Source: a virus | Reading direction: 5' to 3' (one strand) | Length of the DNA stretch: 64,000 nt | Virus record (IMG/VR): IMGVR_UViG_3300004280_000281 | Location: 3,197-67,196 of that record | In this document: positions 45,125 through 54,363 of the stretch, one piece after another | Position numbering within the stretch: position 1 is the first letter of the stretch | Layout of the letters: each line of letters starts with the position of its first letter | Position numbers and translations under genes: made by a program | The notes under the pieces: generated by a model | Seen by the model: the letters and a program-made list of their open reading frames with translations, nothing else | Databases searched by the model: none | What the model was told of the DNA's origin: nothing

Positions 45125-46571
45125 ATGGGAGTTCCAATGTTCGTTCTACAATCCTACAGGTTACTTGATCCTTTTTAAACCTTGGATCCTTGGCGTCGAT
45201 ATACAGGCCAATATGCCTCCCCTGTGTTCCTGGCCCATGTCTGCACTCCGCTACCACCAGCTTCATATTCGTAAGAGTCGCTTCCTGCTCTGCGTACTCC
45301 TCTGCGTTGTGAATAGATGCAGTTATCTCGGCATCGGACTTCTTGGCCAGGATGCTGAAATTGTCGCACAGCCAGATGATCCTGTCTGATCCAGATATAG
45401 TAGTAGCATCTTCCATCTCTACTCCTGACCTGTTCTGTTGTGCAAGGGCAAGCATTGATCCGCCGTAGTCTCTCATTAGGTCGTGAAGTGCGCTCATCCT
45501 GTACCCTAGAGCCTCGTACTCTTTATCGTCCCCTTTGTCTCTTGAGTTCATCAGCTTCAGGTAGTCGAGAATAACGACAGCCCTGTTCCACTGTCCTGAC
45601 TCATCCTTGCCGACCCTTCGTGCGAACCACCTTCTTATCACTGAAGTCTGTTGCTCTAGGCTCCATCCTCCGATTTGAACATAGTCAAGTGGCATCTCTT
45701 CAATGGCAGGGATCACCCCCTTGATAGCGTTGGACATATTCTCGTCCTTCACGAATTTTCCTGTTTCAATCGCACTTAGGGGAATGTTAGCCATTATTGC
45801 TGTCATCCTTGACATCTGCAACTCGAATGATAGCTCTGTATCTAGGTATAGAACTGGAACGCCCTGTGACGCTATGTTCTTGGCCATGGTCAGTGCTAGG
45901 AAAGACTTGTGTCTCTTTGGTCGGGCTGCGATCACGTTCACTGTGCCTCGCCTCATGCCTCCCCCGACTGCTTCATCCCACAGGTCGAATCCCGTCTTTA
46001 CCCCAGTCTCAATTTGTCCCTCTAGAGCCTCTGTTGCGACCTTGTTTAGCCATCCAGTATACGAATCACCAATGTCGATCATGTCCTCTCCACGGAACAG
46101 GCCGGTGGTAAAGTCGTAAACACCCTTTTCCACTAGGTTGATCATATCGTTGGCAGATGCTGTGTTCTTCACATCGTTATTGACGCCCTCTAGGAACCTG
46201 CTTATCTTGTCACGGTAGGATGAGTCGACGACAGACTTGATGTGTTGCTTAGCTTCACTATCGCTTGGTGGGTTTGTATCGTATATTTCAGCGATTGCGG
46301 AATGGTAGGCGTCCCCCGACCTTTTGTAGTCCGCTGGAAACTCTCGTGCCACCCGCTCCTCTAGGAGAACTTGGTCGATGGCTCGTCCGTCCGTGTGAGA
46401 CGCACTCTCCGATGCCATGTCCTTCGCTACTCTGTATATGTTTGACGCAACCCGTGAGGAAAAGTCCTCGGAGTCTATCAGTATTCCATCGATGTCAAAT
46501 ACTTTGTCGCAATTCTTAACTATGTACGCCAGAACTGACTTTTCTGACTTGCGACTTAGAGACTTAGCCAT
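45102..46571 (-). CDS. dnaB: Replicative DnaB-like helicase
   Basis: TGFDLWD, AARPKRHKS, YLDTE, ILDYLKL, QQNRSG, SGSDRI, RHGPG. Confidence 0.92.
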   Translation of the reverse strand: MAKSLSRKSEKSVLAYIVKNCDKVFDIDGILIDSEDFSSRVASNIYRVAKDMASESASHTDGRAIDQVLLEERVAREFPADYKRSGDAYHSAIAEIYDTNPPSDSEAKQHIKSVVDSSYRDKISRFLEGVNNDVKNTASANDMINLVEKGVYDFTTGLFRGEDMIDIGDSYTGWLNKVATEALEGQIETGVKTGFDLWDEAVGGGMRRGTVNVIAARPKRHKSFLALTMAKNIASQGVPVLYLDTELSFELQMSRMTAIMANIPLSAIETGKFVKDENMSNAIKGVIPAIEEMPLDYVQIGGWSLEQQTSVIRRWFARRVGKDESGQWNRAVVILDYLKLMNSRDKGDDKEYEALGYRMSALHDLMRDYGGSMLALAQQNRSGVEMEDATTISGSDRIIWLCDNFSILAKKSDAEITASIHNAEEYAEQEATLTNMKLVVAECRHGPGTQGRHIGLYIDAKDPRFKKDQVTCRIVERTLELPYDEAARG

Positions 46572-46600
46572 TTGAAATTCCTTGCTTGATGGGAGCTCTG

Positions 46601-47065
46601 CTATCCATTGCTATGTCTCCTTCTTAGGTAGCTCTCAAGTGACCTTAATGTTGCGTCCACCCCACTGGGCAGATCTCCTATTTTTTCCAATTGCATTCTT
46701 GCCGACACTAGGCTGACCTCATACTTTGACACGTCTTGACTGGAAGATATGACAGCCTCCCTCTTGGCGGTGTATGGTAGAAACTTATCAACTGTATCTA
46801 TATTGTCTGCCACGAACCTATTTATGACGCTGTTGAGTCCAGTTATGAACGCCTTTAGACTGCTATGCTTGTTCTTGAGTATTGTAGCATACGAGTGAGT
46901 CTTGAAAATGAAATCTTCTATCTCCTCTGTCGTCCTACCCCTGAGCCCCTCGCTTTGAAACTCGACTATCTCGCCCAGTCCAAGCTTGCACATGTCTGAA
47001 TCCATGTTCGGCATTTTGAATCTGGAACAGAATTCCTTCATCTCCTCTATGAGTTTATTATCCAT
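46601..47065 (-). CDS. Helical protein, possible UvsY-like recombination mediator
   Basis: 154 aa helical; position between recA and helicase. Confidence 0.4.
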   Translation of the reverse strand: MDNKLIEEMKEFCSRFKMPNMDSDMCKLGLGEIVEFQSEGLRGRTTEEIEDFIFKTHSYATILKNKHSSLKAFITGLNSVINRFVADNIDTVDKFLPYTAKREAVISSSQDVSKYEVSLVSARMQLEKIGDLPSGVDATLRSLESYLRRRHSNG

Positions 47066-47462
47066 CGATTAACTCCGCCAAGCTCTCTACTTCCTCTATT
47101 GAGGATACCCTTATTAACTTTATATTATTAGCAATGCACCACTGTTCTTTTTTCACATCATTCAATTTCTGACGTGCAAAGTTAGCCCTTGTTCCGTGGA
47201 AATGAGGAACGAACTCGCTATGCTGTCTTCCGTCCGCTTCAAATGCTAACCTTATTCCGCTCAGTATCACAAAGTCGATAGATAGAACTGGACTTAGCCC
47301 AACTGTCGGGAACTCCTCTAGTATACCATAGCCGGGGAGAACCTCCCTTATTTTTGAGAACAGGGCATCACTCAACTTGGAAGCACGGGCATTCATCCTG
47401 GCATGCTTTCGATAGTTGAGCTCCTTGCTATGCTCTCTGCCATCTAGGTCGAAGAATATCAT
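47058..47462 (-). CDS. DUF559/Vsr-like endonuclease
   Basis: IDFVI...FEADGRQHSEFVPHFH...DVKKEQWC..NNIKLIRV. Confidence 0.8.
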   Translation of the reverse strand: MIFFDLDGREHSKELNYRKHARMNARASKLSDALFSKIREVLPGYGILEEFPTVGLSPVLSIDFVILSGIRLAFEADGRQHSEFVPHFHGTRANFARQKLNDVKKEQWCIANNIKLIRVSSIEEVESLAELIDG

Positions 47463-48454
47463 CCTAGAAGCTCCGATAGCTTCTTCTCTAATCCCAACAT
47501 TATCTCGGGGTTATCCTCTAGATGTCTTATGGCGGGGAACACGCCCTGGAACTTGTCTTCACCTATCGTGATCCATGCACCCTTCTTGTCAACTAGCCCG
47601 AAGCTAAGTGCTTGCTCAAACACATCGTACTCTCGGCTAAATCCTTTTCCGTAGATAAGCGTACTCTGGGCCTTCTTACCCTTGCCCTGGAATCGGTTCT
47701 TCATGGTCTCGGCTTCGACAGTGTGACCGATGATGTCTTCGCCGACTTTTATCTTTCCCTTGACCTTGAATCGAACGATAAGATCGCAGTTATGCTTCAG
47801 TGCGTTTCCACCGGGCAACTTGTCGGCGTATCCGTAGGCGTCAAGATTCTCCCTCTTCTGGTTGATTAGGAGAAGGACGCTGTGGTTATCAAAACATAGA
47901 TTCTTTGCATCTGCGATGAATGGTGTGAAGAGTCTTGCCAGTGGTGCCATGAAGTGCTTGCCAGACTCAGCTTCCAGGACTGCCTTTGGGTGGCATGCTG
48001 GGATTGAATCAAGAACACAGAACGCCTTTGGTACGGTTCTTAGCACGTGCTTGATGGCATCTAGACAGCTTTCTCCATCTGGGGCTGTAATCCAGTTGAC
48101 CTTAGCTGCGTCAAGCTCTGGGAAGCAGTCGATTAGGGATTGGTTTACGGCCCTCTCCTGGTTAAAGTAGAAGCAGTCCAGTCCTTGCTTCTGTGCTGAT
48201 ACTAGGGCTTGCAGGGAGACGGTTGTCTTGCCGGAGTTCTCTCCTCCGTAGTACATTATCACACCGTTCGGAATTCCGGGCTCATCCCCTAGAATACTAT
48301 TCACCGAGTACATTCCACTGTCTACATAGTACGGACTCTTGAAGTCTGCCGTGTCGTTAGTGAGGTTGACACCCATACCCTCTAGAGCCTTCGCTATATC
48401 TAGTGTGTCTTTCTTGTCGGTCTTCTTTGTCGCCTTCTTGTTCTTATTTGTCAT
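47459..48454 (-). CDS. recA: RecA/UvsX recombinase
   Basis: GGENSGKTT, VLDSI, INQKR, PGGNALKH, KKGAW. Confidence 0.93.
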   Translation of the reverse strand: MTNKNKKATKKTDKKDTLDIAKALEGMGVNLTNDTADFKSPYYVDSGMYSVNSILGDEPGIPNGVIMYYGGENSGKTTVSLQALVSAQKQGLDCFYFNQERAVNQSLIDCFPELDAAKVNWITAPDGESCLDAIKHVLRTVPKAFCVLDSIPACHPKAVLEAESGKHFMAPLARLFTPFIADAKNLCFDNHSVLLLINQKRENLDAYGYADKLPGGNALKHNCDLIVRFKVKGKIKVGEDIIGHTVEAETMKNRFQGKGKKAQSTLIYGKGFSREYDVFEQALSFGLVDKKGAWITIGEDKFQGVFPAIRHLEDNPEIMLGLEKKLSELLG

Positions 48455-49001
48455 CCGTCTCTCCTGTGTCCTTTAGGTTCTGAAATTTTGGAGCCTTATT
48501 CTTTTCTACTGTCACATCGAAGAATCTCTCACCATTGTCCTCCTTGGGAGCTTGGGCCTCGATGACTTCCTCTTTCGTTATCTTGGTTGCGCCATGTATC
48601 TTTCTCATCTTCTCATCCGTATCGTAGCGTCCGGCGATGTACCATAGTATCTTACTGAACACATCGACTGGATTGTTGCCGAAGATGGGTGTTTCGTATT
48701 TTTTAAATTTCCACTTCTTGACGCCCATAAGTATTTGCTTGTAATGATCCTTAACCTGCTTGTGAGCTGTGGAGTCTTTCCTCCAGAAGTATGGTGGCTG
48801 TTTTCCATAGATCATCGTACATGATATCTCTGCAAGGATGTGGGGAACTCCGAAGATCTGGCCTGGAGTTGTTATTGACTGGTGAAGCCCACCCTTGGCC
48901 CTCTCGACCTCCTGCCTCTTGCTGAAGATGGCGTTACAGGTCTTGCAGTCCCTCTTGGTTCTCTTGATCCCTTTGTAGGTGGGATGCTTACTGCATTTCA
49001 T
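48444..49001 (-). CDS. Hypothetical protein with N-terminal Zn-finger-like motif
   Basis: CSKH...CKTC. Confidence 0.6.
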   Translation of the reverse strand: MKCSKHPTYKGIKRTKRDCKTCNAIFSKRQEVERAKGGLHQSITTPGQIFGVPHILAEISCTMIYGKQPPYFWRKDSTAHKQVKDHYKQILMGVKKWKFKKYETPIFGNNPVDVFSKILWYIAGRYDTDEKMRKIHGATKITKEEVIEAQAPKEDNGERFFDVTVEKNKAPKFQNLKDTGETDDK

Positions 49002-49896
49002 CCAGTTTGCTCTCAATCATTCTCCAGAGAACATTGGCCATCTTTATCCTTGGCCTGCTCTTTATTGGACTTGGGCCACGTGAGACAACTGATCTCTTGT
49101 GGGTGTATCTTCTGCCGCTGTGGTTAATAGCAATGGCCTTGCCAGTATTTTTCTTTATTTCCTTGGCTATTTCTTTGGCGACCTCTGATGCAGTCTTAAC
49201 CTCTGACCCTGGAAGGTTTAACACCAGTAGTCCTCCACGGTCTAACATTTTGACTATCTCATATATTGAGGCTATGAAGTCTGATATGTGAAGATAGGCC
49301 CGACTACTGTTAGGATCTTTGAGTACGTTTATTCTCCCACTGCTCACTGCCTCATTTATAAACCTACAAACTATCTGACTGGAGCCTATGTGTTGAGCCC
49401 CATAAACGCTGGGAACCCTCACTATTGCAGTAGGCAGATTGAACTTTTCGTAGAACGTCCTTACCAGTGACTCCCCATACTGACGACTAAGGTAGTAGGC
49501 ACTCGACATCTGAGATCCATCAATTGGAGAAAGAGGGGTAGGGGAGCTGCAGTACAGCATCCTGCATGTTGTGTCTGAGCAGTAGTCAAGACAGTTTATT
49601 AATCCATCTATATTGGTGTCGAATACATCGGCCCCAGAACCCTTGTCCGGATTGGGGAGGAATATGATCTTCCTTACACCGCCCGGTATGTCCAGATTAG
49701 AGATGTCTTCCCTGATGAATGTAAAGTTGTCTCTTTGATATAAGTCCTCTATGTTGACAAGGCTCCCTGTGGACACGTTGTCCACGGCGATTACCCTCTC
49801 TCCAAGGTTACACAGGTGTCTACATATCTCAGAGCCGAGCCCTCCGGCCCCTCCTACGACAAGTATACCTCTAGGTGGCGCATTACCTTTTCCCAT
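48988..49896 (-). CDS. NAD-dependent epimerase/dehydratase (UDP-glucuronate decarboxylase-like, divergent)
   Basis: VVGGAGGLGSEIC...VDNVSTGSLVNI; YYLSR in place of YxxxK; RVPSVYG; RAYLHISD. Confidence 0.78.
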   Translation of the reverse strand: MGKGNAPPRGILVVGGAGGLGSEICRHLCNLGERVIAVDNVSTGSLVNIEDLYQRDNFTFIREDISNLDIPGGVRKIIFLPNPDKGSGADVFDTNIDGLINCLDYCSDTTCRMLYCSSPTPLSPIDGSQMSSAYYLSRQYGESLVRTFYEKFNLPTAIVRVPSVYGAQHIGSSQIVCRFINEAVSSGRINVLKDPNSSRAYLHISDFIASIYEIVKMLDRGGLLVLNLPGSEVKTASEVAKEIAKEIKKNTGKAIAINHSGRRYTHKRSVVSRGPSPIKSRPRIKMANVLWRMIESKLDEMQ

Positions 49897-50213
49897 CCTG
49901 GAAATCCTCCGATTATTCTGTCATCTATATACCTATCGGCAGCTACTTTTCTGGGATCTGTTCCCCAGTGCTCCAGCTCCGTGGTAGTATTTTCATTTAT
50001 AAAGTCAAATGGTATGCCCATTGATACTAGCCAATGTCTGGCATCCCCAAGCTGTTCGTTCGTTCTACAGGTCCAGATTACTATCTCTGCCCCAAGCTCT
50101 TTTATCCTTCTTATGGACTCAACGGCACCCTCGATAGCCTCCCCTATTTCTGGGTAGCTCTCATGCACTATTGTTCCATCGAAGTCTATTGCTATTACTT
50201 TCTTCCTGTCCAT
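49854..50213 (-). CDS. HAD-superfamily hydrolase (BT0820-like)
   Basis: IAIDFDGTIV, IWTCR, RKVAADRYIDDR. Confidence 0.85.
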   Translation of the reverse strand: MDRKKVIAIDFDGTIVHESYPEIGEAIEGAVESIRRIKELGAEIVIWTCRTNEQLGDARHWLVSMGIPFDFINENTTTELEHWGTDPRKVAADRYIDDRIIGGFPGWEKVMRHLEVYLS

Positions 50214-50220
50214 GAGCCAC

Positions 50221-51051
50221 CTACGGGTTCATAAGCAGCATCACGTCTCGGTCTAGAATTGCGAGGGGTAGTATGTGTTCGATGCCAGTAAAGGCTCCGA
50301 AGTCCTCTCCAATTCTCAGTGTGACGATACCTATGTACTTTCCGTCTGATGTGTAAACTCCTCCACCACTGTTTCCGCCGGTGAACACTCTGGACACCAA
50401 GTGTCCTATGAATGTGCCAGGATTTCTAAATGAAAGCGTTCGTAGATTCCTCTGAACTAGCCTGTTTCTGAATATAATGGGATTGACCATCATGGGGGAT
50501 CCTGCTACAAGCAAGTCAGACCCAATTACCAACCTGGACGCCCTTGGTGTTCCAGCCATCTCAACAGCCTTCACGTCTGATAACCACATGCATCCCGGCT
50601 TCAGATCAACTATAATGAACGCAGCATCTACAGCTTCGTACCTAATAATCTTGTATGATGATACCAGGAGGGAAGTCTGTGGCAGAAATCGTTCCTCTGC
50701 TCTGATTTCGCCTGTGTCATCTCGTAGATATCTTGATATGCTATAGAGTGACACGTCTCTGGTTATAATCTCGCCTCCCAGCATCTCAGAGAACAATGTC
50801 GGAGTCAGGACATGATTTGCTGTGGCTATAACAACACGCCTTACTACTCCCAGTTCTCCAGTGTGAGATCCATTGAAGATTATTGTACCACTTCCTCCAG
50901 AGCTAATCCTATTATGATCCATCTCTGTGCTCATCAGTATTTTTACCGTTGCTCCCAGGACTCTATTCTGGATGTCTGTGTCTATGTCCTCTGCCACAGT
51001 AAATGTCATTGGAGCTACTGCCAGTAGGGCAATCGCAAGTATCTTATTCAT
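50221..51051 (-). CDS. Secreted trypsin-like serine protease
   Basis: Signal peptide; GSGT, TANHV (His), DAA (Asp), GNSGGG (Ser). Confidence 0.88.
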   Translation of the reverse strand: MNKILAIALLAVAPMTFTVAEDIDTDIQNRVLGATVKILMSTEMDHNRISSGGSGTIIFNGSHTGELGVVRRVVIATANHVLTPTLFSEMLGGEIITRDVSLYSISRYLRDDTGEIRAEERFLPQTSLLVSSYKIIRYEAVDAAFIIVDLKPGCMWLSDVKAVEMAGTPRASRLVIGSDLLVAGSPMMVNPIIFRNRLVQRNLRTLSFRNPGTFIGHLVSRVFTGGNSGGGVYTSDGKYIGIVTLRIGEDFGAFTGIEHILPLAILDRDVMLLMNP

Positions 51052-51078
51052 TTTATCTCCTTGCTGGAAAGATGCGCC

Positions 51079-51104
51079 GGGGGAGCCAACCTAATGACTC
51101 CCCC
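51079..51104. terminator. GC-rich intergenic hairpin
   Basis: gggggag-ccaacctaatga-ctccccc, flanked by a second hairpin acactt-cgggaa-aagtgt. Confidence 0.5.
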
Positions 51105-51132
51105 TTCGCACACTTCGGGAAAAGTGTCGCTA

Positions 51133-51486
51133 TTACTCTACGTTGTTTAGCTCTCCTACGGAAGCTTCGATCCTTCGGACAAGCTCGTCTCGTGCTATCT
51201 CGGCTAGGCCCAGTGACCTCAACTGCAATAGAATGAAGTCGATGGCAAGTTGTAGCTTGGCGCTTCCGCTGGACTCTTTGCCTTCTGCGGCTAGCTTAGA
51301 AGCCTCTTGCTCTGCGTACATAACGGCTTGCCCAATAAGGGCTGTAACCAAGGCTTCAAGGGTTGTGGTCTCGCTAATTCCGGCCATTGTGAGGACCTTC
51401 TTTGCGAGTAGAGTCAGCCATAGAACGAGAGGTGCTCCTAGGATGATTACAATAAGTGGTAGGAATTGCTGAATTGCTTCTAACAT
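51133..51486 (-). CDS. Holin, LL-H-like
   Basis: N-terminal TM, AVMYAEQ...GSAKL..A, IEASVGELN. Confidence 0.7.
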   Translation of the reverse strand: MLEAIQQFLPLIVIILGAPLVLWLTLLAKKVLTMAGISETTTLEALVTALIGQAVMYAEQEASKLAAEGKESSGSAKLQLAIDFILLQLRSLGLAEIARDELVRRIEASVGELNNVE

Positions 51487-52094
51487 TATTTCCTTGCCTT
51501 TCTGTTGATCTTGGAGTTTAGTTTCTTAAACAACTCCATAGCTTGGTTTTTCGTGAGTTCCTCAAGTACGACGATATCCGCCATCTCTTGGATCTCCTCT
51601 AAAGTAACCCCATGTTGGAGCATGTATTTATTCTTGAGTACGGCCATCTGGCCATCTTCGATTGGTGTGTCTTCGCTAACAATGTCTACACCATTCAAGT
51701 CTTTGATCTCTTCTGCCGAACAGACGTCTACCCCAAGGGCGAACCTTAGGGCTCTACTCGATGCTCTGGTCTCTGCCATAGCGGTCGTGTAGATATCAAA
51801 GCCCCCTTTAGCGGATGACTTCCTGCAGTCTGCAGCAGCGGAGAATGTGCTGCCGTCAGTGAACTTATAGCTTACTGTTACGGTTGCACTCCACTCGTTT
51901 CCTCGGTCAGGACATTGATTAACCTGTACGCTCTTGCCAGCGATGCCCAGCACCGCCTTGGCAACCCTGAGCAACGGGTCGTGTCTTACGAAGTGATCCC
52001 TATCCGTCACAACAAAGTCATTTACTGAAAAGTGATCCTTAAGAGTGAACTGGTCACCGCTTATAGGGTTTGCTTTTTGGTTCAGGAAATCCAT
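51486..52094 (-). CDS. Rad52/Sak-like single-strand annealing protein
   Basis: TTAMAETRASSRALRFALGVDVCSAEEI. Confidence 0.65.
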   Translation of the reverse strand: MDFLNQKANPISGDQFTLKDHFSVNDFVVTDRDHFVRHDPLLRVAKAVLGIAGKSVQVNQCPDRGNEWSATVTVSYKFTDGSTFSAAADCRKSSAKGGFDIYTTAMAETRASSRALRFALGVDVCSAEEIKDLNGVDIVSEDTPIEDGQMAVLKNKYMLQHGVTLEEIQEMADIVVLEELTKNQAMELFKKLNSKINRKARK

Positions 52095-52411
52095 GTGTCG
52101 TCGCCTCTTTCTGTTTCGGCTTCAATATTCTGATCGTCAAACTGGACCACTCCAGTTACACGATTGAAATTTCTATCCGTACTGCTGTCTGTAGTGTCGG
52201 GAGTGCTGGACGTTTTCCTATTCTTGTGGAACAAGGTCATGGCTGTTGAGATGTTTCTGATCTCTACTCCACGCTTTATAAGGCGTCTTTTTATGGTCAT
52301 TACAGGAATTCCGTATTCAAGAGATAATGCCCTTAGAGACATTGACTCATCCTGATATTTTCGTGCAATCTCATCGTCATTGTCGTGTGTGTATTTGGTT
52401 GGTCTTCCCAT
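52082..52411 (-). CDS. HTH DNA-binding protein
   Basis: GRPTKY...MSLRALSLEYGIPVMTIKRRL. Confidence 0.7.
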   Translation of the reverse strand: MGRPTKYTHDNDDEIARKYQDESMSLRALSLEYGIPVMTIKRRLIKRGVEIRNISTAMTLFHKNRKTSSTPDTTDSSTDRNFNRVTGVVQFDDQNIEAETERGDDTWIS

Positions 52412-52434
52412 TTTTTTGTCCAGAACCTCTCATA

Positions 52435-52956
52435 TTAAAAGTTTAGTAGTTGCTCGCTAACGATTGAATCTTCTTTTACAGGTCCGACATATCTGCTGTC
52501 ATATGACAGTCTCCTATTGTCTCCTGCGATGAAGTACTCACCATCTAATAGCATTATGTTGGTCTCATTTTGTACGTCTATACTGCTATATTTAAATTTT
52601 TGTGAAATTAAATCTGGCTCCCCATTTACCTCTAAGTAGTTACCACTAATGAAGATACGATCATCCGGAATTCCTATAACTCGTTTAACCCAGTATTCTC
52701 CATCTTTGATTGGTGACCTTACTGTAACTATGTCTCCACGGTTTATAGGAGTATAAGAGCAGGTTAGGGAGTGACTGCCATCTGACAATGTTGGCATCAT
52801 GGATACGCCTGAGATCTTCCATACCTTCAGGCCTCCTGCGATAAACAGCGCTTGCAGTATTAAGAGAAATCCTGCGGCTATTAGTACGCATTTTGCCATG
52901 TATCTTGCAAACTTTAGCGACTTAGTTATCAATGATATCATGCTGTACCCTTTCAT
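52435..52956 (-). CDS. lepB: Signal peptidase I
   Basis: TM then SGVSMMPTL (Ser), RGDIV, VKRVIG (Lys), GDNRRLSYDSRYVG. Confidence 0.92.
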   Translation of the reverse strand: MKGYSMISLITKSLKFARYMAKCVLIAAGFLLILQALFIAGGLKVWKISGVSMMPTLSDGSHSLTCSYTPINRGDIVTVRSPIKDGEYWVKRVIGIPDDRIFISGNYLEVNGEPDLISQKFKYSSIDVQNETNIMLLDGEYFIAGDNRRLSYDSRYVGPVKEDSIVSEQLLNF

Positions 52957-54115
52957 CTATGTTTATTTCGGTCGTACTCTCTCGGTCTGGTCCAAATGAC
53001 ACGATGCTGACCGGAACTCCAACAAATTCTTCTAGCTTTGCTATGAATTCATGGTAGGATCCGCCGTCTTTCCATCCTGGCCATTTTTCCCAGATGGGCT
53101 CACACACATTCCATTGTTCGCCATATGGGAATTCGAGAGTGTCTGTTATCTCTGACGCTCCTATAGTGTACCCCACACAGACGGGGATTGCATCTAGGTT
53201 GCTTAGGATGTCCATTTTAGTTAGAGCGATCTCTGTGACTCCACCAATCTCAACTGCATATTTGAGTGCCATGACATCAAGCCATCCACACTTCCGTGGT
53301 CGCCCTGTGGTGGCACCGAACTCTCCACCTAGTGTTCTGACAGCCTCGTCGTCTTCTTCCGTCATGGCGGACGTGAAGGGCCCTGCGCCTACTCTGGTGG
53401 AGTATGGCTTAGATACGCCGATCACCCTATCTAGCTTGCCGAAGGAGAATCCTGCGCCTGTTCCGACTGTGTGGGCTGTGCAGTTAGAGGATGTGACATA
53501 AGGGTATTGACCCATATCAACGTCTAGTAGGACTCCTTGAGCCCCCTCGAAGAAGATTCTCTTGCCTTCCCCGTGCAGTCTATTAATCATTACTTCAGTG
53601 TTGACTATTCTTCCTCTGAAGGTTGCTGCAAATACGGGGAATCTAGCTAGGACATCCTGAGCTGCCATTCCGGCTGTTACGCCAGTCCTGTTGGCCTTCG
53701 ACTCGTATGTTGGCCCAATTCCGGTCTTCGTCGTGCCGAGCATCTGAGTGCGCTCCCTGTACTCGTCCACCTCAAGGGCTTCTTCTGTTACTAGATGCGC
53801 CTTGTTGGATATGAAGATTCTGCTGACTAGGCTTCCTGCTGTCTCTCCCAGGAGTGATGCAACTTGATGGATCTCCTCAACCAATGCGGTGGGATTTATA
53901 ACCATTCCGTTTCCTAGAATGCAGACTATTTCAGGGTTTACTATTCCAACGGGAAGCATGTGGGTGACGATCTTCTCTCCGTTGTGCCAAATCGTATGGC
54001 CAGCGTTTCCGCCACCCTGAAACCTGCACGATACATCATAATTGTCAGACAAGAAGTGCGAGATCTTACCCTTGCCCTCATCGCCCCACTGTAGTCCTAT
54101 TAGACATGTCGCCAC
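52922..54115 (-). CDS. purA: Adenylosuccinate synthetase
   Basis: GLQWGDEGKGK, GGGNAGHT, FEGAQG, YPYVTSS, GATTGRPR, TKMD; GTG start at 54115 with RBS AAGGGG. Confidence 0.95.
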   Translation of the reverse strand: MATCLIGLQWGDEGKGKISHFLSDNYDVSCRFQGGGNAGHTIWHNGEKIVTHMLPVGIVNPEIVCILGNGMVINPTALVEEIHQVASLLGETAGSLVSRIFISNKAHLVTEEALEVDEYRERTQMLGTTKTGIGPTYESKANRTGVTAGMAAQDVLARFPVFAATFRGRIVNTEVMINRLHGEGKRIFFEGAQGVLLDVDMGQYPYVTSSNCTAHTVGTGAGFSFGKLDRVIGVSKPYSTRVGAGPFTSAMTEEDDEAVRTLGGEFGATTGRPRKCGWLDVMALKYAVEIGGVTEIALTKMDILSNLDAIPVCVGYTIGASEITDTLEFPYGEQWNVCEPIWEKWPGWKDGGSYHEFIAKLEEFVGVPVSIVSFGPDRESTTEINIDERVQHDIIDN

Positions 54116-54126
54116 GTCATCCCCCT

Positions 54127-54363
54127 TTATACTGGTAGATCGTCTGATCCATGGACCTTTGTTCTTCGAGCAACTATTTGATTGCTTCCCTGTCCATACT
54201 TCCATACGCTATTCTCGGACTGAACACGCCCTTGAACCTCTGGTCGGCGCACTGCGAGGTAGTCCTCAAGTGCTGCCTTGGATGAAAATAGAAGGTCGTT
54301 GACTTGCTTAGGATCTTTTACAATCCACAGGTACTTATATGAAATTGACATATTATTCTCCAT
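54127..54363 (-). CDS. Hypothetical protein
   Basis: 78 aa ORF filling the operon gap. Confidence 0.5.
   Translation of the reverse strand: MENNMSISYKYLWIVKDPKQVNDLLFSSKAALEDYLAVRRPEVQGRVQSENSVWKYGQGSNQIVARRTKVHGSDDLPV

Noticed and set aside
35338-48454. Inteins or introns in dnaE, primase, dnaB, recA
   Set aside because: Lengths are normal and no intein C/S...HN motifs or interruptions are visible
52922-54115. PurZ / 2-aminoadenine (Z-genome) system
   Set aside because: Motif is GDEGKGK with the PurA catalytic Asp (PurZ has Ser), TKMD is GTP-type, and no DatZ/MazZ-like gene was recognised in the window
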